Below, one piece after another: positions 21,196-30,559 of a stretch of 64,000 nt of DNA. A program made the translations under genes and the position numbers. The stretch is from Alphaproteobacteria bacterium. Lineage in GTDB: Bacteria; Pseudomonadota; Alphaproteobacteria; RF32; CAG-239. The notes under the pieces were generated by a model. It saw nothing but the letters and a program-made list of their open reading frames with translations. It searched no databases and was not told the DNA's origin. The stretch spans positions 86,090 through 150,089 of the forward strand of contig JAFUSA010000008.1 of assembly GCA_017480745.1 (NCBI GenBank), in the 5' to 3' direction. The number at the start of each line of letters is the position of its first letter. Position 1 is the first letter of the stretch.

Positions 21196-21903
21196 TTATT
21201 TTCTAACATCAAAAACAGCAAATTTTTCACGCAGATAATTTAGCAATTTTTCATCGCGGAAAAACTTTTCACAATCGGCATCTTGCGTTATTTTATCGCT
21301 CGGAATCGGCCGATATTTCTGCAAATAATACTCCTTAACTCCAAGTGCCGAAAGGTCGTCAGCAATTTTATAAATATCCTCAACAGACAAAATACGCGGA
21401 TCACAAGTGGTTCGGCATTCAAAATGCACACCGCTTGCCAATAAAATACCTAAACTTTCTTTAACTTTTTCCACTTGCGCAATACCACCGGTTGCCCTTT
21501 TATAATGCGCCTCTTCAAACGGCGCTTTTATATCAAAACCGATCCACATAACCTTATCTATAACATTACGCAGCGCTTCCGGATTATAGCCGCCGGTATG
21601 CATACCAACCTCGAATCCCATTGCTTTAACCGTATCCATTGCTTGCGCTAATCCTTTCTGCATAAGCGGTTCGCCACCGGAAAATACGACAGCATCCAAA
21701 ATTCCTTTACGATGTTCTAACAAATGAATTAAATGTTCCCATTCAACTTCGGTCGTTGCATTTGCATTTTGCAAAGATGTGTTATAGCAAAACGGACAAC
21801 GCCACGGACAGCCTTGCATAAAAACAACTGCAGCTATCTTAGAAGGCAAATCGACGATACTGAATTTTTCAATATCGCCGATTTTGATTAGATTTTCTGC
21901 CAT
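21196..21903 (-). CDS. nrdG: Anaerobic ribonucleoside-triphosphate reductase activating protein (radical SAM)
   Basis: CPWRCPFCYN cluster motif. Adjacent to nrdD. Confidence 0.9.
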   Translation of the reverse strand: MAENLIKIGDIEKFSIVDLPSKIAAVVFMQGCPWRCPFCYNTSLQNANATTEVEWEHLIHLLEHRKGILDAVVFSGGEPLMQKGLAQAMDTVKAMGFEVGMHTGGYNPEALRNVIDKVMWIGFDIKAPFEEAHYKRATGGIAQVEKVKESLGILLASGVHFECRTTCDPRILSVEDIYKIADDLSALGVKEYYLQKYRPIPSDKITQDADCEKFFRDEKLLNYLREKFAVFDVRK

Positions 21904-21910
21904 TAGAGAA

Positions 21911-22135
21911 CTATTCAGCAGCAGCCATCGTGCAACAATCGCAAGGTTCTTCCAAGCTCATATGCATAACCGCCTTTTCTTCCTCAAAGCATTTGCGTGA
22001 ATAATATTCACTCTTTTTGCCTTTATTAAATTCGGAAACCGGACGGTGATACCCCATAACACGAGTCCAAACTTCGCAAGGTTGACGTTCTGCATCGCTC
22101 AAAGCAATATCTTCAAAATTTATGGTGTTAGACAT
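21911..22135 (-). CDS. Stand-alone glycyl-radical domain protein of class III RNR (NrdD C-terminal module as a separate ORF)
   Basis: EVWTRVMGYHRPVSEFNKGKKSEYYSRK resembles the RV.GY...NKGK..E...R glycyl-radical segment normally at the NrdD C-terminus. Has its own RBS (ggaga) and is separated from nrdD by 49 nt. Confidence 0.7.
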   Translation of the reverse strand: MSNTINFEDIALSDAERQPCEVWTRVMGYHRPVSEFNKGKKSEYYSRKCFEEEKAVMHMSLEEPCDCCTMAAAE

Positions 22136-22184
22136 TTATATTCTCCAAAGTTAGGTTAATTTTAATTGTTCTTTTTTTTGCTTT

Positions 22185-24284
22185 TTAAGCAACATTACTT
22201 GCCTTCAAAGCTTTAATTTTTGCATTTTTCTTTTCTTCATCACAAAGCGGGCAGAACTTGTGTTCTCCGGCTAAATAGCCATGTTTCGGACAAATAGAGA
22301 AAGTAGGTGTAATAGTAATATAAGGCAGGCGGTAGTTGGTCAAAACCTTCTTGATCAATTCTCCGCAAACCTTGGCCGAAGATATTCTTTGGCTCATATA
22401 CAAGTGTAATACAGTTCCGCCGGTATATTTGGATTGCAACGTCGCCTGCAAATCCAAAGCCTCAAACGGATCATCGGTGTAGCCCACCGGAAGTTGTGAA
22501 GAGTTCGTGTAATACGGATCTTCTTTGGTGCCGGCTTGAATAATGCCAGGAAAACGCTTTTTATCTTCGCGTGCAAAACGATATGTTGCGCTTTCTGCCG
22601 GAGTAGCTTCCAAATTATACATGTGACCGGTTTCTTCCTGAATTTTTATCAATTTAGCGCGAATATAATCCAAGAATTTTTCGGCAAAAGCCTTACCCCA
22701 CGGATCTGCAATTTCATGTTCTCCGTTAGTAAAGTTCAAAATCATCTCGTTAATACCATTCACTCCAATAGTCGAGAAGTGATTACGTAAAGTACCTAAA
22801 TAACGCTTAGTATAAGGATACAAGCCATTATCTATCAAGCGTTGAATAACCTTACGTTTAATTTCCAAAGAAGTACGCGCAATGTTCAGCAACTCATCAA
22901 CACGGCCGAACAAACCTTCTTCATTGCCTTTATATACATACCCCAAACGTGCACAGTTAAAAGTTACTACACCAATGGAGCCGGTTTGTTCTGCCGAGCC
23001 GAACAATCCGTTACCTTTGGCCAATAACTCACGCAAATCCAACTGCAAGCGGCAGCACATAGAGCGAATTTGCCCCGGTTTCAAAACAGAATTAATAAAG
23101 TTTTGGAAATAAGGCATACCGTATTTTGCCGTCATTTCAAACAACAACTGTGATTTTTCATCTTCCCATGGAAAATCAGGTGTCATATTATAGGTAGGAA
23201 TCGGGAAAGTAAACGGACGATCCATCACATCACCTTCCATCATAACTTCAATGTAGGCGCGGTTAATCATATCCATTTCTTTTTGTAAATCACCATAAGT
23301 GAATGGCATTTCTTCCTGCCCTTCAATAATTGGCATAAAGTTTTCATCATGACCGGCAATATGACCACCGATATAAGGATGTTGATTGCGTAAATCCTCC
23401 GGACATACCCAATCAAACGTAAAGTTTGTAAACGGAGTCTGTGAGCCCCAACGCGAAGGTACATTCAAATTATAAACCAATTCTTGAATACATTGTTTAA
23501 CTTCTTCGTATGAAAGATTATCTTTGCGAACATACGGCGCTAAATAAGTATCAACCGAAGAAAATGCCTGCGCTCCTGCCCACTCGTTTTGCAGAGTTCC
23601 CATAAAGTTAACCATCTGACCGGTAGCCGCGGATAAATGCTTTGGCGGATTCGCTTCTGCTTTGCCACGCACACCGTTAAAACCCTCTTTGAGTAAATTT
23701 TTCAGAGACCAACCGGCACAATAAGCAGCCAACATATCCAAATCATGAATGTGAATATCGCCATTGCGATGTGCTTCACCAACTTCCGCCGGATACACAT
23801 GGCTTAACCAATAGTTGGCCGTAACTTTACCGGAAACATTCAAAATCAAACCGCCGTTAGAATATCCTTGGTTAGCATTAGCATTAACACGCCAATCCAA
23901 TTTTTCCAAATATTCATTAATTGAGCTTTCAACATCTACCATAACTTTATGGTCTTTGCGGGCACGCGTGCGTTGATCTCTATACAAAATATAGGCTTTT
24001 GCAGTTGCTGTATAGTTGGATGAAATTAACGCTTGTTCAACAATATCTTGAATTTGTTCAATCGTCGGCACGGATTCGGCAAACTTATAGTTTATCACTT
24101 TCATAACCTGTGCGGTCAATAACCATGCATCCGCTTCCCCAAATTCACCGGTAGAAGTACCGGCTTTTAACAAAGCGTTGTATATTTTGCTACCATCAAA
24201 CGGCGCCAAAGTCCCGTCGCGTTTTGTAACATTTTCGACATTAGAATGAATGCTCGTCGGCTGATTTTCTTGCTCTGCGGCCAT
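22185..24284 (-). CDS. nrdD: Anaerobic ribonucleoside-triphosphate reductase large protein (ATP-cone + catalytic barrel + Cys/His Zn site), lacking the glycyl-radical tail
   Basis: N-terminal ATP-cone (VTKRDGTLAPFDGSKIYNAL), about 700 aa, C-terminal CPKHGYLAGEHKFCPLCD. Followed by nrdG. Confidence 0.9.
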   Translation of the reverse strand: MAAEQENQPTSIHSNVENVTKRDGTLAPFDGSKIYNALLKAGTSTGEFGEADAWLLTAQVMKVINYKFAESVPTIEQIQDIVEQALISSNYTATAKAYILYRDQRTRARKDHKVMVDVESSINEYLEKLDWRVNANANQGYSNGGLILNVSGKVTANYWLSHVYPAEVGEAHRNGDIHIHDLDMLAAYCAGWSLKNLLKEGFNGVRGKAEANPPKHLSAATGQMVNFMGTLQNEWAGAQAFSSVDTYLAPYVRKDNLSYEEVKQCIQELVYNLNVPSRWGSQTPFTNFTFDWVCPEDLRNQHPYIGGHIAGHDENFMPIIEGQEEMPFTYGDLQKEMDMINRAYIEVMMEGDVMDRPFTFPIPTYNMTPDFPWEDEKSQLLFEMTAKYGMPYFQNFINSVLKPGQIRSMCCRLQLDLRELLAKGNGLFGSAEQTGSIGVVTFNCARLGYVYKGNEEGLFGRVDELLNIARTSLEIKRKVIQRLIDNGLYPYTKRYLGTLRNHFSTIGVNGINEMILNFTNGEHEIADPWGKAFAEKFLDYIRAKLIKIQEETGHMYNLEATPAESATYRFAREDKKRFPGIIQAGTKEDPYYTNSSQLPVGYTDDPFEALDLQATLQSKYTGGTVLHLYMSQRISSAKVCGELIKKVLTNYRLPYITITPTFSICPKHGYLAGEHKFCPLCDEEKKNAKIKALKASNVA

Positions 24285-24324
24285 CTTTTAATTTTCTCCT
24301 CTGCTGTGTGTTAAATTTAATGAA

Positions 24325-24372
24325 ACATACTATATATAGTTTAATAAAAAATTAAAACACAAAATATAGTGT
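24325..24372 (-). promoter_or_regulatory. Tandem NrdR boxes upstream of nrdD
   Basis: acatactatatatagt (24325-24340) and acacaaaatatagtgt (24357-24372), centres 32 bp apart, 40-90 nt upstream of the nrdD start. Confidence 0.7.
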
Positions 24373-24921
24373 ATTAACAATTTTTATTACCGCAATAATT
24401 TTTATTTTTCGTTTAGATTTATTAAAGCCAAAAAGTTGTCTATATAACAAGAATTTTTTTTGCAAATTTTGCATATTTTAAATCTTTTTTTGCCTAACAT
24501 TTTATATTTGCGCTATAATTTTTTTTATCTATCGGTTAATAAACTCATTAACCTTTATTAACGGTATTTTTTATATTTCTTAGACGCAAAAACATTACGT
24601 TACACATAATATTTTGATTTTGCATAATTAAAAAATCCACAATTAGCTGTAAAATAAAAGTTAATTCTTATTTTCAAAGAAAAAGATATTATTTTTCTTA
24701 AATTTGCGATTCTGTGAAATCTAATAACTGCGAATCGGAAAAGCATTTATCGAACGCTTAATAGATTTACGCTGAAACGGAGATCAACCGTTTCAGCGTA
24801 CGGCTCGCGAGCCTTGTATTTATGACAATGGTTTTTAGAGAAGTTTAGAATAAGTTATTTTAAACCATTACCATAAAAGGAATATCGCCGGACTAAGTTG
24901 CCTCATCTGGCGCTTATATGA

Positions 24922-25671
24922 CTAATAAAATTTCAGAAGTAAAGCATTTTGATCGGCTTTTCCGTCAGCCGTTCCACAAACAGCGGCAGCATTGGCAGCA
25001 GTCATCGGACCTTTACCTCCGCAAGCAACACCCTCACCAACCGTACATGTTGTCACGGCAGTTTTAGCAAAATCGGTAACCGTTCCAGATGTTGCAGCTT
25101 TAGGTGTACAACCATTTTTCGGATTACCTTGAGCGTCTTTACAATCGTCTCCAGCATCTGCACCTGCCAATTCACCAGCAATTATTTTAGCCTGAATTAA
25201 ACCTGAACCGGAAGCTGAGCCCCAATCCTGAGTTGCCAAATCCATACATGCTTCTTCCGGAATATTATCAAAAACCAATACAAAAGATTTAGCATCACCG
25301 CAACCGGTGCAAGTACCGGTTTCTGTGGTGCTGCTGCGTGCACCCGCTTGCAGATAAATGTTTCCACCAAATGGATTGCCATTAGCTATTATTCCATCAC
25401 TTGTAATCAACTCATCCGGAAATAACTTTGCTTTGGCAATCAAACTTCCGTTTGTTGCGGCACCCAAAGCCTTGTAATTCTTTTGGCTACCGAACAGGGT
25501 GCGCACGTTGGTTACAATCATTGAAATTTGTTCAATAGTTTTATTAGTGCGATATTTCATCATCGCTTTGGAATAACCGGCAATACCACCAACGCTCAAC
25601 ACGCCGATAATTGCCAATACGCCGAGCATTTCAATCATGGAACGACCGGATTCGATATTGTGTGTTTTCAT
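24922..25671 (-). CDS. Prepilin-like protein, paralog 3 (divergent Cys/Gly/Ala-rich C-terminal half)
   Basis: Start trimmed to ATG 25671 behind gaaggag: MKTHNIESG|RSMIEMLGVLAIIGVLSVGGIAGYSKAMMKYRTNKTIEQISMIVTNVRTLF...EACMDLATQDW. Confidence 0.8.
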   Translation of the reverse strand: MKTHNIESGRSMIEMLGVLAIIGVLSVGGIAGYSKAMMKYRTNKTIEQISMIVTNVRTLFGSQKNYKALGAATNGSLIAKAKLFPDELITSDGIIANGNPFGGNIYLQAGARSSTTETGTCTGCGDAKSFVLVFDNIPEEACMDLATQDWGSASGSGLIQAKIIAGELAGADAGDDCKDAQGNPKNGCTPKAATSGTVTDFAKTAVTTCTVGEGVACGGKGPMTAANAAAVCGTADGKADQNALLLKFY

Positions 25672-25714
25672 TTTTAAATCTCCTTCTCGAAAAAAAATAT
25701 ATGTTATTAATACT

Positions 25715-25940
25715 AATTTTGACCGCCACTGGCGGTCGGAGAGTTTACAAATCATACCACATCAATGATCCTGCTAATCTTTAGGTAAACTACCCTGAAC
25801 ATCCACTAACAGCTCCCCGACCAAATCGGAGATATATCATCTGTCAACGACGTTTTTTCCACGTCGAATGCGGTATGAGCTTGTAAAGGCTCTGAACCGA
25901 AGTTCTGAATTTATGATAACATAAAAAATGAAAAAGTCAA
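25715..25940 (-). promoter_or_regulatory. Class B structured leader of pilin paralog 3
   Basis: Minus strand: TTGACT (25940-25935), 16-nt spacer, TGtTATCAT. gaac-ttcg-gttc, cgacgt..acgtcg, tctccgatttggtcggggag, ctgttag..ttagcag, ctctccgaccgccagtggcggtc. The U-tract after the last hairpin is poor in this copy. Confidence 0.7.
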
Positions 25941-26006
25941 ATACTTTTTTGTTGCAATTTGCAAAATTTTCTGCAAATGCAAACGAAGTTGCGGATTTTT
26001 TAACAT

Positions 26007-26696
26007 TTAAATGCGTTTGTTGATTATCTCAGCAATGGAAATAATCTCTTCTTCGCATACCTTGTGTGCAAGTCGCTGATATGTTTTAACGCAAGCCGGC
26101 ACATTATTTTCTTTCAACCATAACACACTATGCTGCAAAGTTTTATATTGTACTTTCAAATCATCCTCACCATGGAATAAATACAAAGGCGGACGCGAGC
26201 ATATTTGCTTTTGCAAGCTCTTTTCGGCAGCTACCAAACCGGAAAGGACAAATCCGCCGGCCAAACATGTGCTGCGCGTTAAGGCTGCATAAATCGTCAG
26301 CATTGCGCCTTGCGAAAATCCCATCAAATAAGTATGCGCATCATCTGTTTGATATCGCTGTTGCATTTGCGATATAAAAAGGTTAATATTCGCGGCTTGT
26401 TTTTGAATATCGTCCGCTGCTTTTTCATATATGGCAAAAATTTCTTTCGTTGATGTTTGCGGCTGCCGCCTTTTATTATCCGGATCATATTTAAGCATAC
26501 CAAACCACTGCAAGTGTGCCGAATTTCTGTCACATGGCTGAGCAGATTCCGGAAAAATAAGATAGGCAGATTTCAATTTATCGCAAAACAAAGCAATTTT
26601 ATCAGAATAACTGGCAACAGAATCGTTATATCCGTGAAGAAATATCAGCAAATTTTGCGGTTTTTCACCAACTTTATGCAATGTATACGGCAGCAT
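26007..26696 (-). CDS. Alpha/beta hydrolase (phospholipase/carboxylesterase family)
   Basis: LIFLHGYNDS and the GFSQGAM nucleophile elbow. Start trimmed to 26696. Confidence 0.75.
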   Translation of the reverse strand: MLPYTLHKVGEKPQNLLIFLHGYNDSVASYSDKIALFCDKLKSAYLIFPESAQPCDRNSAHLQWFGMLKYDPDNKRRQPQTSTKEIFAIYEKAADDIQKQAANINLFISQMQQRYQTDDAHTYLMGFSQGAMLTIYAALTRSTCLAGGFVLSGLVAAEKSLQKQICSRPPLYLFHGEDDLKVQYKTLQHSVLWLKENNVPACVKTYQRLAHKVCEEEIISIAEIINKRI

Positions 26697-26799
26697 AATC
26701 TTTTCCTTATCTAAACGATATATAATATATAACCGGTTTAGGGTAAACAAAAATCCCCGGTTTGTTCACAAACGGGGGATTTAAGAAAGTTTGTAATCA

Positions 26800-26955
26800 T
26801 TACAAGCTATCGCCACAATCTTTCAGGCGCTTGCGTTTAATCTCAACACAGGCATCATCGGAATGGGGAACAGCGCTTCTGCGGCGGCAGGAATTTTTGC
26901 CCAGCAGATCATCACGAAGATAGGCCTCTTGTTCAGGCGAATAGTTTTTTTTCAT
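26800..26955 (-). CDS. Small hypothetical protein (51 aa; below the ORF-track cutoff)
   Basis: My translation: MKKNYSPEQEAYLRDDLLGKNSCRRRSAVPHSDDACVEIKRKRLKDCGDSL. Followed by hairpin aatccccg..cgggggatt with a T-run on the minus strand. Confidence 0.4.
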   Translation of the reverse strand: MKKNYSPEQEAYLRDDLLGKNSCRRRSAVPHSDDACVEIKRKRLKDCGDSL

Positions 26956-27082
26956 ATCCATATCTGCATAATTTAAGTATCAGATCAACCTTTAACAAAA
27001 AAAATTTTGCCAGTCAATAAGCAAATGTGCGGATGGTTATAACAATTTTTCTATGACTTTCGCTCTGTTTGATAATATGAAA

Positions 27083-27772
27083 TTAACATCCATCAGGTAA
27101 TGAACAGCGATTTAGTTCTTTTTGCCAATAGGTGGAACTTTGCTGGATATCAAATAAAAAACTTATAGTTACCTGATCAAGATCAGAACAAACATTTATG
27201 GCATCATCAATGGCTATCGGAGGCAATAGATAATACTCCGGTTCTTCTCCATTTGTCTTTATGTTATAAGCATATATAATAGAAGCAAGACTAAGTGATG
27301 TCCAATCTTGTGTCAGCAATTCAATACAAACTTCTTCATTATGTGTAAACAATCCTATTCTAAAAGCCTTCTCATCTCCCTCGCTTATCTTATCCGCAGC
27401 TGCCAGAGCAACACCATCTCCCCAAACATCTTTAATGTAATTATAATCACCATCCCACATTTCATCGGGCACAAGTTTGGCTTTTTTAATAACCTTTTTA
27501 TCATCCAATCCAGCATAGTTTCCTTGCGGAGCAAAAAACGAGCGTATGTTTCCGGCAATGAGAGTTATTTGTTCAATGGTTTTGTTGATCCTATACTTAG
27601 TCATCGCCTTTGAATATCCGGCGATTCCGCCAACAGAAAGCACGCCGATGATGGCAAGAACGCCTAACATCTCTATCATAGAGCGACCGCATTGCGTGGC
27701 AAAGCGACACTTATAGTCATGCCTGTGCATGTTAATAATTTCTTTGATACTTTTTATATCTAAGTTTTTCAT
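27083..27772 (-). CDS. Prepilin-like protein, paralog 4 (29-aa presequence)
   Basis: MKNLDIKSIKEIINMHRHDYKCRFATQCG|RSMIEMLGVLAIIGVLSVGGIAGYSKAMTKYRINKTIEQITLIAGNIRSFF...VCIELLTQDW. Confidence 0.8.
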   Translation of the reverse strand: MKNLDIKSIKEIINMHRHDYKCRFATQCGRSMIEMLGVLAIIGVLSVGGIAGYSKAMTKYRINKTIEQITLIAGNIRSFFAPQGNYAGLDDKKVIKKAKLVPDEMWDGDYNYIKDVWGDGVALAAADKISEGDEKAFRIGLFTHNEEVCIELLTQDWTSLSLASIIYAYNIKTNGEEPEYYLLPPIAIDDAINVCSDLDQVTISFLFDIQQSSTYWQKELNRCSLPDGC

Positions 27773-27810
27773 AGTATACTTCCTTTCATTTTTGTTGTTG
27801 ATATTACACT

Positions 27811-28017
27811 AAAACAACCGCCCGATAAGGCGGCCGGAAGTTCGAAACTACTTCTACATAAATAGTGTCATGTATTAAAAAAACTATCTATTCCATGACC
27901 TTCCAGCCAATGCCGGAAATATTAACGCCATTTACAGCGATGTAGAAAGAGGTTTCGACACCTCAGACAAGTTACCTCATCTTGTTTTTATGATAGCATA
28001 AAAAAACTAAAAGTCAA
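27811..28017 (-). promoter_or_regulatory. Class A structured leader of pilin paralog 4
   Basis: Minus strand: TTGACT (28017-28012), 16-nt spacer, TGcTATCAT. All class A blocks present. The gtcatg/catgac stem carries a double compensatory change. Confidence 0.75.
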
Positions 28018-28018
28018 A

Positions 28019-28900
28019 TTATTTTTGCAAAAAATTTTTTATTCGCCAATATCCGCATAATATCATCAGCAAACATAATCTCTTACGCCAACCCCGACGT
28101 TTTTTATCAGGATTACGCAAGCGACGCAATAACAAATTAACATAAAACATTTGCACCCCGTAAAGCCACTCTGATTCAGAATAAGAATGGTGCGCATTAA
28201 ATAAGCCATATAAGCGGATAAATTCTCTTAAATTTCCATAAAGCGAACGAAAACCGCTGAGTTGTAATAACAAACCGGCAACATCTTCCGTTGGCGCACC
28301 GTAACGAACGGCTTCATAGTCCAACAAAAAAATATTGCCATTTTTCAGCAAAATATTGTTAATTGTCAAATCACCGTGCAACACTGATTTTTGCGCAGGC
28401 TCATCCATCAGTTGCGCTTTAAATCTCTGCCAAAACAATTTACGGATAACCGCTAAACAAAAATCGTTGTTTGCGGCAAATAGTTTATCTGTTTCATTTA
28501 CCAAATCGACCAATTTTTGCGCCTCTAAAACATCATCAGAATATTGCAACGCATTCTGCAATTTTTCATACTCAGCATAAAAATTCTCGATCATTTTCGC
28601 ATCTATATCATGACTGTTTATTTTTCGACCATCATAATAAGGAAGCGCTAACATAAAAAAATTATTATAATTCTGTTGCGACAAGGGATATAAAATACCT
28701 AAATTTTGCAAAATATTTTTTAAATGCGTAAAGCGCTTTTCATCATTTATAAGTTTTAACAAATATTTCTTGTTTGTCGTTTCAACACAAAAATTATACG
28801 AACTTCCGCCGGAATAAATTTCATTCATATCTGTAAAACCGGCAAATAAATTATGTTGTTTAATAAAACTTTTTAGCTCTGTTGCACACTCAAACTTCAT
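28019..28900 (-). CDS. Phosphotransferase-family kinase (APH/choline kinase-like)
   Basis: VLHGDLTINNILL...FLLDYE catalytic loop and metal-binding pattern. Confidence 0.7.
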   Translation of the reverse strand: MKFECATELKSFIKQHNLFAGFTDMNEIYSGGSSYNFCVETTNKKYLLKLINDEKRFTHLKNILQNLGILYPLSQQNYNNFFMLALPYYDGRKINSHDIDAKMIENFYAEYEKLQNALQYSDDVLEAQKLVDLVNETDKLFAANNDFCLAVIRKLFWQRFKAQLMDEPAQKSVLHGDLTINNILLKNGNIFLLDYEAVRYGAPTEDVAGLLLQLSGFRSLYGNLREFIRLYGLFNAHHSYSESEWLYGVQMFYVNLLLRRLRNPDKKRRGWRKRLCLLMILCGYWRIKNFLQK

Positions 28901-28901
28901 A

Positions 28902-29744
28902 TTAATTCATTCTTTCATAGCGATAGTTATGCGCCTTATAACAACCTAAAATTTGGTAGCTCTCGGAAAAGAATTTTAACTCAGCCAACGCATATTGCAA
29001 GGCTTTTGAATTAACATGTTGTTCAACTTCAATATAAAACTGTGCCGAAAAAAATCTTCCGTTAAGCAGATAACTTTCCAATTTTGAAATATTAATTCCG
29101 TTAGTGGCAAATCCACCCAAAACTTTATACAATGCTGCCGGAATATGTTTAGTAACAAACACAATGGAAGTTATATATTTATCTCCCTCATACGATGGAA
29201 TCTCCTCCTCTTTTTGCATAACCAAAAAGCGCGTGGTGTTGTTACTGGCATTTTCAATATTAGATGCCAAAATATCAAGACCATAAATTTCAGCTGCCAA
29301 TTTAGACGCAATAGCCGCTTTGGTAAGGTCTTGTTCAAGCGCTATTTTTTCACATGATTTGGCGGTATCAATACGCGATAAGGCGTGTATGTTATGTGCT
29401 TTCAAAAATTCTGAACATTGCGCCAAAGCTTGCGGGTGGGAAGCAGCAGTTTGAATATTTGCTAACTTTGCCCCTTTAACCGCTAAAAGCTGATGTTCAA
29501 TACGCATAAAAAATTCATCAACAATATGCAAACCGGATTCCGGCAACAAAAAATGCACATCCGAAACACGGCCTGCATTGGAATTTTCCACCGGAATAAC
29601 AGCTTTATCCGCATTGCCATTTTTTACCAATTCCATAGCAATTTCAAATGTATCGCAAGCAATATATTCCTGTCCGGGAAACAATCTGGTGCAAGCAATG
29701 TGCGAATATGCTCCCGCAACTCCCTGATATGCTATTTTTAACAT
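28902..29744 (-). CDS. pheA: Prephenate dehydratase
   Basis: MLKIAYQGVAGAYSH, TRFLVM, and a C-terminal ACT-like region. Confidence 0.85.
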   Translation of the reverse strand: MLKIAYQGVAGAYSHIACTRLFPGQEYIACDTFEIAMELVKNGNADKAVIPVENSNAGRVSDVHFLLPESGLHIVDEFFMRIEHQLLAVKGAKLANIQTAASHPQALAQCSEFLKAHNIHALSRIDTAKSCEKIALEQDLTKAAIASKLAAEIYGLDILASNIENASNNTTRFLVMQKEEEIPSYEGDKYITSIVFVTKHIPAALYKVLGGFATNGINISKLESYLLNGRFFSAQFYIEVEQHVNSKALQYALAELKFFSESYQILGCYKAHNYRYERMN

Positions 29745-29775
29745 TTAATTCCTTTCTTTACTTAAAAAAAATGCT

Positions 29776-30444
29776 CTACATAAAATCTGATTTCTGTGCA
29801 ATTTGTGCTTCGTTATCTGCAACGATATCTTCTAAATCGTCTAAAAACCAATCTATATCATCATCAGAATCTTCGTGCAACATTTTATAAAAACGTTCAC
29901 GATACGAAATTAAAAAGCTGCTTTCGCTTATCTTTAAGTCGCGCACTTGTATAACATTTTGATTTTGCACCACTTCAAAAATAACTTTTATTCCGCCCTT
30001 AGAAGCCTTATCACTCACATTTTCCAATTTTTTAATAAATACGGTGCAATAAATATTTATCTTACTTTTGTCGGCAACAGCTCTGTCAACCGAAAAAGTA
30101 ACCTCTCCCTGTTCCATATCCAAAGGATAAAGTTTATAAATACTGTTTGTATAGCGCCGAAAAAGTGTTGTATAGCGCTCTTTTTGTGAATCGCTCATAA
30201 GGCGCCAATATTTACCCATAACAAATTTGGCTGCATGATCTAAGTCGATATCTCGATTAAATATTTCATCAAGTTGCTGAAACTTCAAAGCGCTGTTCGG
30301 TGAAGTTAAAATACCAATAATTTCCTTGCCCTTATTTTGTGCCCACAGCTTTGCCTCATCTGCGGAAAGCGTTTGTGCAACGGCACTACATGCAAATCCA
30401 CAGATAAAAAACAAAGCCAACAACCTATAAAATATTTTATTCAT
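29776..30444 (-). CDS. MlaC/Ttg2D-family periplasmic lipid-binding protein
   Basis: Signal peptide, then AAKFVMGKYWRLMSDSQKERYTTLFRRY, typical of MlaC. Start trimmed to 30444. Confidence 0.65.
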   Translation of the reverse strand: MNKIFYRLLALFFICGFACSAVAQTLSADEAKLWAQNKGKEIIGILTSPNSALKFQQLDEIFNRDIDLDHAAKFVMGKYWRLMSDSQKERYTTLFRRYTNSIYKLYPLDMEQGEVTFSVDRAVADKSKINIYCTVFIKKLENVSDKASKGGIKVIFEVVQNQNVIQVRDLKISESSFLISYRERFYKMLHEDSDDDIDWFLDDLEDIVADNEAQIAQKSDFM

Positions 30445-30559
30445 TTTTCCAAATCCGATCAACACTTTTTTGCATTATAACACGTTTACGGAAAAATGGA
30501 AGATATTTTTTTGCATAAAGAAACGTAAAAATATATTTACGCATTTTTGCAAAAACAAA

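Noticed and set aside
25672-25755. N-terminal extensions of track ORFs into the leaders: 24922-25755, 8108-9052, 3462-3791 and 18291-21083.
   Set aside because: The extensions run through conserved leader hairpins, terminators or promoters and lack RBSs. Internal ATGs with good RBSs (25671, 8938, 3516, 18348) restore the conserved N-termini.
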